Shown: positions 1 to 8,262 of the stretch, piece by piece
Layout: each line of letters starts with the position of its first letter
How positions within the stretch are numbered: the first letter of the stretch is position 1
Notes under the pieces: generated by a model
Told to the model about the DNA's origin: nothing
The model's database searches: none
The model's input: only the letters and a program-made list of their open reading frames with translations
Program-made: the position numbers and the translations under genes
Assembly: GCA_046293555.1 (NCBI GenBank)
Contig: JBKBOT010000030.1
Location: 1 to 19,737, forward strand
Length of the DNA: 19,737 nt
From: Pyrobaculum sp.
GTDB taxonomy: Archaea; Thermoproteota; Thermoprotei; Thermoproteales; Thermoproteaceae
Reading direction: 5' to 3'

Positions 1-635
1 AGCTGTTGTATCACGCCGGAGTAGGTGAGGGCGTCGTAAATACACTGCATGCCGGGGTGCGTCAGCGATGATAGGCAATCCTCCACCTCCAGCGTGAAGC
101 AGGAGGCAAACATCTCCCGCCTGGTGCCGGCGTTAAACCAGAAGGGGGAGGCTGGGACGAGCTTAAGCTGTGTGATGTATTTGTAGTAAACCTCGCGGAT
201 CGGGTCGGGTTTAGACACAGCCCTCACGATACGGCCGGCGGCCATGGCCGGGGTCTCCCTCAGCCGCATGTCGTCCTTCAGGGCGAAGTTTCCGTTCGTG
301 AAGAGGCGCAGGGCGTTGTATGTAAGCGATCTGTCAAACGCGGCGGCTGGGCTGTCGTCTGTGGGCTTACGCAAGACGTCCTTGTATATACGGCCTAGCA
401 AGTGGGCTTTGGCAACTTCGGCCAGTTCCGGATAGTCGACGGCTCTCTTCAAAAGCTCCAACTGGACCAAATCGGCTAGCTCCCATGAGTATATATCCCT
501 ATCTGGAACTATGTCGAACGTGAACTTCCCGTCTATATTCACGCCTACAGCCTCCGCGGCCTTTTTGACAGAACGCATTAGTTTTTCTTTGGTGAATGAC
601 TCGATTGAGCCATCTCTCTTTATCACCCTTGCCAT
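1..635 (-). CDS. nrdJ: Ribonucleotide reductase large subunit with N-terminal ATP-cone, probably class II (adenosylcobalamin-dependent); 5' part only, runs off the window edge
   Basis: Manual translation from the ATG at 635 is open to the edge: MARVIKRDGSIESFTKEKLMRSVKKAAEAVG (ATP-cone VxKRDG...F..EK), then RETPAM, LVPASPFWFNAGT (P-x-SP-xx-NAG motif) and FASCFTLEVED (SCF with the redox-active Cys, codon 99-101). Class II rather than class I is inferred from the probable lineage; the diagnostic C-terminal part lies outside the window. Confidence 0.88.
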   Translation of the reverse strand, partial: MARVIKRDGSIESFTKEKLMRSVKKAAEAVGVNIDGKFTFDIVPDRDIYSWELADLVQLELLKRAVDYPELAEVAKAHLLGRIYKDVLRKPTDDSPAAAFDRSLTYNALRLFTNGNFALKDDMRLRETPAMAAGRIVRAVSKPDPIREVYYKYITQLKLVPASPFWFNAGTRREMFASCFTLEVEDCLSSLTHPGMQCIYDALTYSGVIQQ

Positions 636-710
636 ATACCCTGGAATGGAGGGAAATAAATTAGTTACACAGAAAATACAGGGTTTTTATCTGGCCGTAC
701 ATCTATTCGC
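636..710. promoter_or_regulatory. Divergent archaeal promoter region (RNR / 109-aa gene)
   Basis: AT-rich 75-bp gap. TTTTTAT at 684-690 lies about 21-27 nt before ATG 711. A minus-strand AATTTATTT (654-662) lies a similar distance before ATG 635. Confidence 0.5.
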
Positions 711-1040
711 ATGGCCAAAATCCTTTGGACTTTGGGCTACCCGAGGTCTGAAAAAGAGGTCAAAGCGTTGGACCAACTCTACAAGGTTTTTCCAGATGGG
801 AGGGTGGATATTGACGACATAATACATCCGGCAGACCTCATACCGAAGTTCAATGGCGTTATGGACAACGGCACATATGACTATATCGTCGTCAGGGGGT
901 GGCTTGTCTTCAGCCTGGCGCCTAGGCTTATGTCACAGCCGGAGCTCGCCAAGAGGGTCATAATCTTCGACGAGAGGACGGGGGAGTTAAGACAACTTGT
1001 ACGTATCTCCGTAGTGGCAAAGCCACTGAGGCGGCGGTAA
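711..1040 (+). CDS. Hypothetical protein, 109 aa, small alpha/beta fold
   Basis: ATG start with a TATA-like box upstream, typical codon use, and it fills the gap between the RNR gene and the next gene. No family confidently recognised. Confidence 0.75.
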   Translation: MAKILWTLGYPRSEKEVKALDQLYKVFPDGRVDIDDIIHPADLIPKFNGVMDNGTYDYIVVRGWLVFSLAPRLMSQPELAKRVIIFDERTGELRQLVRISVVAKPLRRR

Positions 1041-1126
1041 TACTATGTGTATAGAGAGGTATATGGGAAGTGTACAACGTGTTGATTTTCTCCGTTGGTT
1101 TTTTGTAAATGTACATATTTGGGCGT

Positions 1127-1618
1127 ATGGAGGGGGGATATAGGACGATATCTGTCCGCCATTTGTTAAACCTGGCCGGGTGTTGGATCGCTACAGCTGG
1201 CGTAACCATCGGCAGTATGTATCTAGCGCATACACACGGATACCGCAGCTTCGTGGACTTTATGACGTTTTACGGCCTTGCGTTGGCCGGCGCATTGTTT
1301 CTACTGGGGCAGCTGGAAAAGGCCTATTTGCTCAAGTCGCCCTACGGCCGCCTTGTGAGGGGGGGCGTGGCGTGGCTATCAATACCGATTACAGTAATCG
1401 TGGTGATAAAAAAGGCGATGGGGGTGGGGGCAGCCGTTGTGTTGAAGGCCATGGTGGTGGCGCTTGTGTTCTTAATACCGTGGGGCTTCTTCTCCGGCCT
1501 CCTCCTGCTTGTAGACGTAGAGGAGGAAGAGCCTCCGAAAGTCGTAAGGGATATAGCACATGGCGTGTTTCTATTGGGCATGCTCATCTGGGGGGCCATC
1601 ATTTTGAAGTACTTCTGA
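1127..1618 (+). CDS. Hypothetical integral membrane protein, about 5 TM helices
   Basis: The ORF track gives 1109..1618. ATG 1127 is preferred because TTTTTGTAAA (1100-1109) then sits at promoter distance. Hydrophobic stretches include LLNLAGCWIATAGVTIGSMYL, FMTFYGLALAGALFLLG, GGVAWLSIPITVIVVI, AMVVALVFLIPWGFFSGLLLLV and GVFLLGMLIWGAIIL. Confidence 0.75.
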   Translation: MEGGYRTISVRHLLNLAGCWIATAGVTIGSMYLAHTHGYRSFVDFMTFYGLALAGALFLLGQLEKAYLLKSPYGRLVRGGVAWLSIPITVIVVIKKAMGVGAAVVLKAMVVALVFLIPWGFFSGLLLLVDVEEEEPPKVVRDIAHGVFLLGMLIWGAIILKYF

Positions 1619-2653
1619 CCCACCTGTTTTTTCCACAAACTCATCCAGCGGGTCGAGGTTGAGACTGTATGTTATCTTTACGCTATCTTGAGATGCAGCA
1701 AAAATTGTACAATTTCCCCCACCATTATGACATATGCAATACAGCGCTGCAGTTATGACCAACTCGGCGGCCTGTCTTGGCCTGTCTTTAGCCATGCTGT
1801 ATATTGCCTCTGTGACTTCGTACTTGTCAAGTCTTACACCGCGTTCGTCTGCGTATTTGATCACGCCACATATCGCCCCATTTACAAGTGCCCTTCCCCA
1901 TACATAGAGTTTGTACTTTACGTCATAGATGCTGAGTTTTGTCACATATTCGCCGAACTTAGGCCTATCGCCTATGGTGTATATATGTATGCCTATCTTC
2001 CTACAGTCGATATTCAGAAGACACATGTACACAACGGCATAGTACTTAAGGGTCTTTTTGTAAGATAGCAACTCCTTCACGTCGCTTGATATCTTCACCC
2101 ATATGTCAGAAAGTCTCAAAAACACGTCCAACTCGCCGCTCTTGTACGGAAACACCTTTTTTACAAATTCTACAACTGTGTATACGTAGTCTAACGCCTC
2201 ATTGATTCGTTCATCGTTATATTCATACCACCGCGGCATAAAGGCGAAATGTACCACGGCCTCTGCTGCCAAGTTTAGGTCCTTCTCAGCGAGTTTCAAT
2301 AACGCTGTGGCCACCTCGTCGTAACTCAGCGGTAGTTTGAGCTGGTAGAGTTTTTCCAGTTCCAACAAGGCGTTGATAGCCCTATCTACAAACTTCACGC
2401 CGTCTATGTAGTAATATTCATACTCCACGTTACAATCACGGTCAAACCCCATAATCCTATAGTCGTAACAACTTACACTAAACACAAGGGTCTTGTTATC
2501 AACATCCCAATCGTTACGGTACACATATATGCCGAGTTCGTCCTTACACCACGAGTTGTCGGTAGAACACATCTCCACTATATCCGTGTCAAAATCTGAA
2601 TTCAGTACTCTAACTACACTATCTTCAATCTTCTTCCACAACTCCTTAGTCAT
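1571..2653 (-). CDS. Hypothetical protein, paralogue 1 of a tandem family with an internal two-fold repeat
   Basis: The ORF track gives 1571..2659. The second Met (2653, MTKELWKKI) aligns with the paralogue starts MLEGLWEKI and MAEEVWKKL and fits the TTTTAAAA box at 2672-2679. It carries two copies of W-x-K-I...C-x5/6-C-xx(x)-GI[YH][VI]Y. The 3' end overlaps the convergent membrane gene by 48 nt. Confidence 0.85.
   Translation of the reverse strand: MTKELWKKIEDSVVRVLNSDFDTDIVEMCSTDNSWCKDELGIYVYRNDWDVDNKTLVFSVSCYDYRIMGFDRDCNVEYEYYYIDGVKFVDRAINALLELEKLYQLKLPLSYDEVATALLKLAEKDLNLAAEAVVHFAFMPRWYEYNDERINEALDYVYTVVEFVKKVFPYKSGELDVFLRLSDIWVKISSDVKELLSYKKTLKYYAVVYMCLLNIDCRKIGIHIYTIGDRPKFGEYVTKLSIYDVKYKLYVWGRALVNGAICGVIKYADERGVRLDKYEVTEAIYSMAKDRPRQAAELVITAALYCICHNGGGNCTIFAASQDSVKITYSLNLDPLDEFVEKTGGSEVLQNDGPPDEHAQ
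1627..1632 (+). terminator. Oligo-T archaeal terminator
   Basis: A T6 run followed by CC starts 9 nt after the TGA at 1618. Confidence 0.4.
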
Positions 2654-2820
2654 CTCCATGTTTATGATAGGTTTTAAAATTTTGAAGATAGCATGTAGAC
2701 ATACGTAAGAGGTAAGAAACTGTTTCTCATATATGCCGTAGTTGTTATGCCTAAGGCGGACAGAGAATTTGTGAGAAAGCTCGTAAAAGAGGTATTGTAC
2801 GTAATAGCTGAAAAATAACG

Positions 2821-3873
2821 TTATGAATTCGTCTGTGTAGTTTTTACAACGTCTTGTGTCATGGTTTGTTGTATCATCTTTATGAATTCGTCTAGCGTTT
2901 GTGTCTCCACGTCGGCTTTGATGTATGTCGTCAAACAGTTGAAGTAGTATGACATGCCGTTTATCAAGACCTTTGCCACATGTTCCGGCTTCTCTCTGGC
3001 CAGGGTGATGAGTGTGTTTTTCGTTTTCTCCTCGTCTAGCCTTACACCGTTTCTCTCTGCGTATTTAATCACGCCATATGTGCCCTCATCTATGAACAAA
3101 CGTGGTCGTATGTAGAGCTTGTACCTAATGCCTTTTTGGTAAATCGATGTTATGTAGTCATATTTCTCTATGTCGACGTTGTCTGCCATCGTGTATACAT
3201 ATATGCCGAATTTTCTACACTCGTTTGGTTTTGCGATACATATATGACCAATTTTGTCGCGTATGTATTCCTCCAACGTGCCCCGCATCAGGCGATAGAT
3301 CTTTTTCCACATGTCTCCCAACTCGTACTTCTTGTCTATATATTTGTCAATTATCTCCGCCTTGTCTGGAAAGACCTCCTTGGCGTATTCCAGCAGATCG
3401 ATTAGGAATTCATTAGCCGTTATTATGAGGTCGATGTTGTTTTCAAACACGTTGTGGTGGAAATTGTATTCATCTCGCCAATATGGGAGGAAGGCAATAT
3501 ATGTAATAGTTGTGGTTGTCCACTCCGGCCAGCCCTCAGCTGCCCTCTTCACGACTTCTAACACCTCGTTATAAGCCAACGATGTATCCTCCGCTATCGT
3601 CTTTATTGCGGTGTCTATAAATTTCAACCCGTTGACGTAATAATGGTCGCTCCCTTTGCAGTTGTATCCCATCATCATATAGTCTCTACACGATACGGTA
3701 AACAACATTTGTTTTCCGTGTTTATAGTCGTGGTCGTTGTATACATATATGCCGAACTTCTCCTCACAAAACGATCTATATCGGCGACATATCCACACGA
3801 CCTCTTTATCCAGATGGCCGGCTAGCGTTGCAACTATACCGTCATGTATTTTCTCCCAGAGGCCTTCAAGCAT
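2821..3873 (-). CDS. Hypothetical protein, paralogue 2 of the tandem family
   Basis: 350 aa with CRRYRSFCEEKFGIYVY and CIAKPNECRKFGIYVY motifs. Its start overlaps the upstream stop (ATGCTTGA, 8 nt) with GAGGGGG just upstream, suggesting translational coupling. Confidence 0.85.
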   Translation of the reverse strand: MLEGLWEKIHDGIVATLAGHLDKEVVWICRRYRSFCEEKFGIYVYNDHDYKHGKQMLFTVSCRDYMMMGYNCKGSDHYYVNGLKFIDTAIKTIAEDTSLAYNEVLEVVKRAAEGWPEWTTTTITYIAFLPYWRDEYNFHHNVFENNIDLIITANEFLIDLLEYAKEVFPDKAEIIDKYIDKKYELGDMWKKIYRLMRGTLEEYIRDKIGHICIAKPNECRKFGIYVYTMADNVDIEKYDYITSIYQKGIRYKLYIRPRLFIDEGTYGVIKYAERNGVRLDEEKTKNTLITLAREKPEHVAKVLINGMSYYFNCLTTYIKADVETQTLDEFIKMIQQTMTQDVVKTTQTNS

Positions 3874-4837
3874 GCCCCCTCACGAACTTGTCCAGCCTCT
3901 GTGTGTCTACAACAGCCTTGACGCGAGTTCCCAAGCCGTTTAGGTAGTATAACGCGCCATTTATCGTCAATTGGGCAGTACTGCTCGGCGAAAATACAGA
4001 CATGTCATAGAGTTGTTCTTCTACCTTCTCGTCATTTAGCTTAATGCCGACATCTCTGGCATAATTAACTATGCCGTCTATGGCCTTGACCACAAACCTG
4101 GAGCCCCATATGTGGAGCTTAAACCTAATGCCGCTGTGGTGTATTGACATTATGTAGGAGTGCGCCTCGTCGGGATCGTCGACCATGGTATATATATATA
4201 CACCAATCTCCCTACATTTTTCAGGCTCGGCGATACAGACATGTCCCACTGTGTACTCCACTTTAGTCGCTATGGGAATGTTGTCTCTTAAAAATGGGTA
4301 TATCTTCTCCCATATCTTAAGTGGGATGTACCCCCTCTCTATGTAGGCCTTGATCTCCTTGGCCTTGTCCGGCATGAGGTCCGCAGCATCTTTTAACAGA
4401 TCCTCTACAAACTGGTCGGCCTTGTGAAAATACTCACTCCCCTCCTCAGCCCAATGTGGAAGGAAGGCGATGTATGGTATAGCATGCGCGGTCCACTCGG
4501 GATACTCCTCAGCCGCTTTCGCCAAAACGGTTAACGCCTCATCGCGCGTGAGGGGGGTCTCCTCAGCTAAGGCGCTTACGGCGCCCTCGACTAGCCTCAC
4601 GCCATCTATATAATAATGGCCTTCCCCACTACATCTAAGCCCCATGAACACATAATCGATACACGTCATGGTGAACAGTTTGTCCTTATCATCATCAGTG
4701 TTGTATACATATACGCCGAGTTTCTCCTCACAAAACTGGCGGTTTGTGTAACATGCACGTACAATCTCTCTATCTAGCTCGCCTGTAAGAGTTGTGATTA
4801 TGTCCTCCTTAAGCTTTTTCCAAACCTCTTCGGCCAT
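3866..4837 (-). CDS. Hypothetical protein, paralogue 3 of the tandem family (first in transcription order)
   Basis: 323 aa with CYTNRQFCEEKLGVYVY and CIAEPEKCREIGVYIY motifs. The upstream minus-strand sequence is AT-rich (TATAATTTTATAAA, 4849-4862). Confidence 0.85.
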   Translation of the reverse strand: MAEEVWKKLKEDIITTLTGELDREIVRACYTNRQFCEEKLGVYVYNTDDDKDKLFTMTCIDYVFMGLRCSGEGHYYIDGVRLVEGAVSALAEETPLTRDEALTVLAKAAEEYPEWTAHAIPYIAFLPHWAEEGSEYFHKADQFVEDLLKDAADLMPDKAKEIKAYIERGYIPLKIWEKIYPFLRDNIPIATKVEYTVGHVCIAEPEKCREIGVYIYTMVDDPDEAHSYIMSIHHSGIRFKLHIWGSRFVVKAIDGIVNYARDVGIKLNDEKVEEQLYDMSVFSPSSTAQLTINGALYYLNGLGTRVKAVVDTQRLDKFVRGHA

Positions 4838-5004
4838 GTAAAAAAATGTTTATAAAATTATATCAGTAGTCTACTACCGCTGGACTCTACACGATGTTTT
4901 GGCGGTACATGTGATTCTTCAACGAGGGGGGGTGGAAAGAGCGGCTAAGGTCTATAGTTGGAGTGCGGTGGAGAGACTGTACTGTGGGGGTTGTGGCTAC
5001 GGGG

Positions 5005-5010
5005 AAAAAA
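5005..5010 (-). terminator. Oligo-T archaeal terminator
   Basis: Minus-strand CTCTTTTTTCCCC lies just after the TAA at 5016. Confidence 0.45.
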
Positions 5011-5015
5011 GAGGG

Positions 5016-6170
5016 TTAGTACTTTCTTATGTATTCCGCCACCCTGTAGATGTCTCCGTCTGCCAGCAGTATCGGGGTCCCATCTTTCACCCTGTAGATG
5101 GCGATGTAGATAATATTGTAGCCGTATTGGGCCCAGTGTTCTTTGTACCGCCGTAGTTCTTCCAGCGGATCTCTGGCGGTGAGCCTGCCGGGCATGCCTG
5201 TGTAGTACTCCCCCGCCGGGTCTAGGATGGTCAGCCTCGTGGGATTTTTGCCGGATGGAAACGCCACCGCCAGGTGGGCCTCTTTGTCAAACTCCACGTA
5301 CATAAACCACAGCTCGTACTCCTCGCCTAACACATATCTGTCGTATGCCGTGATCATTGCGTAGAGCAATATGGCCATATCCTCGCAGTCACCGTGTTTC
5401 AACACCAGGGTCTGAAGTGGTGATTGGATGTGATCATACCGGGTTTTGTATTCGAAATGTCCAGACTCGAGGTCCTCCACAGACGGGGGCAGCGGCATCG
5501 GGACGTCACTGACATATGCCACGTTGTCCACGACGTAGCGGTACAGCGCAAGCAAGTTGTCCCACTCGCCCATTCGGGAGTCTACAATGTACTTCAATAC
5601 TGTGAACGCAACATAGATCTCATCATCGTGGAGAGTCCTCCATAGAGACAGGTCCCAGCTGAGGTAGCTGCGGTACCACTCCCACCACTTCAAGTAGGTA
5701 GAGATGACTGTGTTGTACTTTTTCTGCAACGCGTCGAACTTATCCCTCAGCACCGTGTAGTCCCGCCTCAATCCCGCATAGTCCCGCTCCAAGGCGGCGT
5801 ATCTCTCCGAGAGAGTGCGGTATTCGCCCCTCAGCCTGGCCAAATCGCCGAGGGCGGCCTCGTGTTCAGCCCTCAGCCTGCCGTAGGCCGCGTCCAGCTG
5901 GCGGTATGAGTTCTGAAGGGCTGTATAGCTGTCGTTCAGCCGTATGTATTCTCCACGCAGCTGTTTGTAGTCGGCCTCAAGCCGGCTGTGTTCATCGGAC
6001 AGCTTTCTATGCGCCGCGTTTAGGTCGTTGTACCTACCCAACAGGTCGTTGTATTGCGCAGACAGCGCGTTGTACACATCGCTCAGCTTGTTGTACTCCA
6101 TGGCGTTGTACACAACCAGTGCGAACAACATCACCGCCACGGCCGTGACTACATACAACGTCCTGGACAT
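5016..6170 (-). CDS. Membrane-anchored coiled-coil protein with a C-terminal transglutaminase-like (papain-fold Cys-His-Asp) domain
   Basis: N-terminal hydrophobic helix LYVVTAVAVMLFALVVY; 19 uninterrupted heptads, mostly YxxLxxx (aa 26-158); then YRYVVDNVAYVSD...QSPLQTLVLKHGDCEDMAILLYAM (catalytic Cys), EAHLAVA (His) and TILDPAG (Asp). Confidence 0.88.
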   Translation of the reverse strand: MSRTLYVVTAVAVMLFALVVYNAMEYNKLSDVYNALSAQYNDLLGRYNDLNAAHRKLSDEHSRLEADYKQLRGEYIRLNDSYTALQNSYRQLDAAYGRLRAEHEAALGDLARLRGEYRTLSERYAALERDYAGLRRDYTVLRDKFDALQKKYNTVISTYLKWWEWYRSYLSWDLSLWRTLHDDEIYVAFTVLKYIVDSRMGEWDNLLALYRYVVDNVAYVSDVPMPLPPSVEDLESGHFEYKTRYDHIQSPLQTLVLKHGDCEDMAILLYAMITAYDRYVLGEEYELWFMYVEFDKEAHLAVAFPSGKNPTRLTILDPAGEYYTGMPGRLTARDPLEELRRYKEHWAQYGYNIIYIAIYRVKDGTPILLADGDIYRVAEYIRKY

Positions 6171-6187
6171 GCAAACTCTCAGACGTC

Positions 6188-6198
6188 TATATATAAAA
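6188..6198 (-). promoter_or_regulatory. TATA box for the transglutaminase-like gene
   Basis: Minus-strand TTTTATATATA lies 18-28 nt before ATG 6170, next to a perfect palindrome AGACGTCT (6181-6188). Confidence 0.55.
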
Positions 6199-6270
6199 TT
6201 TAGGCCTTTTGTAGATGGGTGGCTTTATGGCCTTCGGGTCTATACGCCGTCTGGGGCGGACGGCGAATGG

Positions 6271-6287
6271 AAAATGACGTATTTATA
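6271..6287 (+). promoter_or_regulatory. BRE/TATA-like promoter motif AAAATGACGTATTTATA for the 651-aa gene
   Basis: Starts 36 nt before ATG 6307 and is 14/17 identical to 8261-8277, which has the same spacing to its start codon. Confidence 0.6.
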
Positions 6288-6306
6288 TTTCAAGATGTGA
6301 GGGCAT

Positions 6307-8262
6307 ATGGAAAAGGAGTTTTGGTACGGCCTTCCGCCAGAGGAGTGGGAAAAGAGAAGAAAGGACTTCTGGCATGGCTTCCCCCCGCCTCCAGACATGG
6401 GGGGGCAGCAAAACCCACAACAACAAAACCCACAGCAGCAAAACCCGCCGCTGGAGGCAACGCAAGAAGATGAGGAAAAGAAGAAAAAGAGGTGGAGGAG
6501 GCTTTTGGAGAAACACTTGGGTAGAGAACACGCAGAGGTTTTCTACAGGCTGGGGTTTAGGGAGGACGAAGGCGAGGGCGAGGGGGGAAGGGGGGGCGGC
6601 GGTTGGGAGGGTGGGGAGGGGGACAAGAAAAAGGACACTGTTACCGTTAGGAGGTTTGTATATCTGGGCATCGGCCTGCCAACAGCCGCCGTCGAGTCCA
6701 GCCAGGAGGTTGTCAAGCCGCCAAAGGTCCCCGGCATGCCGGAAGGCCCCCCCAGAGGTGGGGGTGGAGTATTTGTAGGCCCGTCGACTGGGGGGCAAGG
6801 TACTGGCGGTCAAAGTGGCAGTGGCGGACAAGGGGGGACGGGCGGTGGTGGAGGCTTTAAGACGTTTGCCGAATGTGTTAAGGCTGGCAATTTGGATAGA
6901 TGTTTTGAACAGTTTAAGGGCAAGGTGACGTTTAAGGACTGCGTCGACGCGGGGGTGGATAAGTATGTATGCGCCAGCAACATCGAGCCTCAGACGTATA
7001 AACAGTGTTTGGAGTGGCTTTCGGACCAGGGGTATTGCTATAGGGCGTTTGCCCCGCAAATAAGCACGAAAGATATCATCAAGGGGCAAGACGGTCATTG
7101 GTATATATCGTACAGGGGACAGCCGATTAAACTTAACCGGCAAGGCGGCAGCTCTCTGTATACAGCACAGCTCGGCGATTGGCTTGTGGCTGTGCAAATA
7201 ATTAACGACGTGGTTCATAATGTAAGCGTAGAGTATAACCCCGGCGGCGGGGGTGGCGGTGGTGATGGGACTGGCGGCTCTGGCGGCGGGCCTGGAAGCA
7301 GCCAGGGTGGCGGTGGCAACCGGTCTCCAGACGCCAGGTTTAACGAGTGTGTTAGGGAGGGGTGGGGGGAGGATGTGTGTCGTTGTGTGGTGTATGCAAC
7401 CATGCCGATTCAATGTCTGCAACAAATCGGCAAGGCGCCTAGGGATTACAACGAGTGTATAAAGATGAAGATAGAGAAGCAGATCTGTGACTACACGTTC
7501 CAGACGACGCCGGAGATGCAGAAATATAGGCAGTGTATTGAAAGCAAGAAATACGCCCCGGTGGAGTGCGAGTGTCTGGCGTTGAGCAAAGAGCCGCTGA
7601 AGTGTCTGGAGAATATCGGCAGGGCGCCCCAGACGTATGAACAATGTGTCGAAATGGGACTTCCCCAAAACGATTGTGCGAGATATCCAAGACGAGGCAA
7701 TACTGTTAACAACCCTGGAAACAACAACGCCGGCCCTGGTGGGGGTGGGCCCAGCGATCAGTTCAGAGGGCCGGAGATGCCACAAGAGGATCCGTACAGG
7801 GACTACGACACGTGTTTGAAGTATTTCGACGCCAGCCACTGTGAGGATTACTTCAAAAGGAGGAGGGTTGGCAGTGGAGGTGGAGGTGGTGGTGGAGGAG
7901 CTTCTGGCTGGGGTGGGCAGGGCGGCAATAGAAACAACAATCCGCCAACTGGCGGCAATGTGGCTAACAACAATGTCGGCAATGTGAATGCGACAAATAG
8001 CGGTAATGCTACAACGGGCGGCGGGGGTGGAACTGGCAATAACAATACAACAAACAACCCGCCTGCTGGCGGACCTTCTGCAGACGCCATTGCGGAGCAA
8101 GAGCGGTGGAGACAACAAAGCGACAAACAGCCCACCACATATAGCGAGTGTGTCGAGATGGGGTACTCACATGCGTACTGCGCAGAGAAGTTCTCGCCGT
8201 CGACGTCGTGGTTTGATTACAGTAATGCTCCTTATGACAACAAGCGTGCTGTGGCCCTTTAG
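6307..8262 (+). CDS. Hypothetical 651-aa Gly/Pro/Asn-rich protein with Cys-pair helical repeats, sharing modules with the downstream giant protein
   Basis: Long ORF with poly-Gly linkers, two full 6-Cys repeats (7336-7689), several YxxC-x8/9-C half-units and no N-terminal signal peptide. Confidence 0.85.
   Translation: MEKEFWYGLPPEEWEKRRKDFWHGFPPPPDMGGQQNPQQQNPQQQNPPLEATQEDEEKKKKRWRRLLEKHLGREHAEVFYRLGFREDEGEGEGGRGGGGWEGGEGDKKKDTVTVRRFVYLGIGLPTAAVESSQEVVKPPKVPGMPEGPPRGGGGVFVGPSTGGQGTGGQSGSGGQGGTGGGGGFKTFAECVKAGNLDRCFEQFKGKVTFKDCVDAGVDKYVCASNIEPQTYKQCLEWLSDQGYCYRAFAPQISTKDIIKGQDGHWYISYRGQPIKLNRQGGSSLYTAQLGDWLVAVQIINDVVHNVSVEYNPGGGGGGGDGTGGSGGGPGSSQGGGGNRSPDARFNECVREGWGEDVCRCVVYATMPIQCLQQIGKAPRDYNECIKMKIEKQICDYTFQTTPEMQKYRQCIESKKYAPVECECLALSKEPLKCLENIGRAPQTYEQCVEMGLPQNDCARYPRRGNTVNNPGNNNAGPGGGGPSDQFRGPEMPQEDPYRDYDTCLKYFDASHCEDYFKRRRVGSGGGGGGGGASGWGGQGGNRNNNPPTGGNVANNNVGNVNATNSGNATTGGGGGTGNNNTTNNPPAGGPSADAIAEQERWRQQSDKQPTTYSECVEMGYSHAYCAEKFSPSTSWFDYSNAPYDNKRAVAL
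6406..6447 (+). repeat. 15-nt intragenic tandem repeat (QQNPQ, about 3 copies)
   Basis: cagcaaaacccacaa caacaaaacccacag cagcaaaacccg. Confidence 0.7.

Noticed and set aside
244-822. Plus-strand ORFs 244..435 and 511..822
   Set aside because: They are antisense to the well-supported RNR gene.
2728-2738. catatatgccg, matching the GIYV codons of the paralogue family, as a remnant of a fourth copy
   Set aside because: Only 11 nt match, and the flanking translation lacks the Cys pair and W-x-K-I motifs.
4838-5015. Intergenic ncRNA (tRNA or C/D box sRNA), hairpin TACCGCT...GGCGGTA, or palindrome AGTAG-T-CTACT (4865-4875)
   Set aside because: No cloverleaf or RUGAUGA/CUGA boxes were found, and the inverted repeats are short enough to arise by chance.
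6283-8118. 611-aa minus-strand ORF
   Set aside because: It is the antisense shadow of the Gly-rich 651-aa gene, with Thr/Ala/Arg low-complexity content and no motifs. The + strand carries the conserved repeats.
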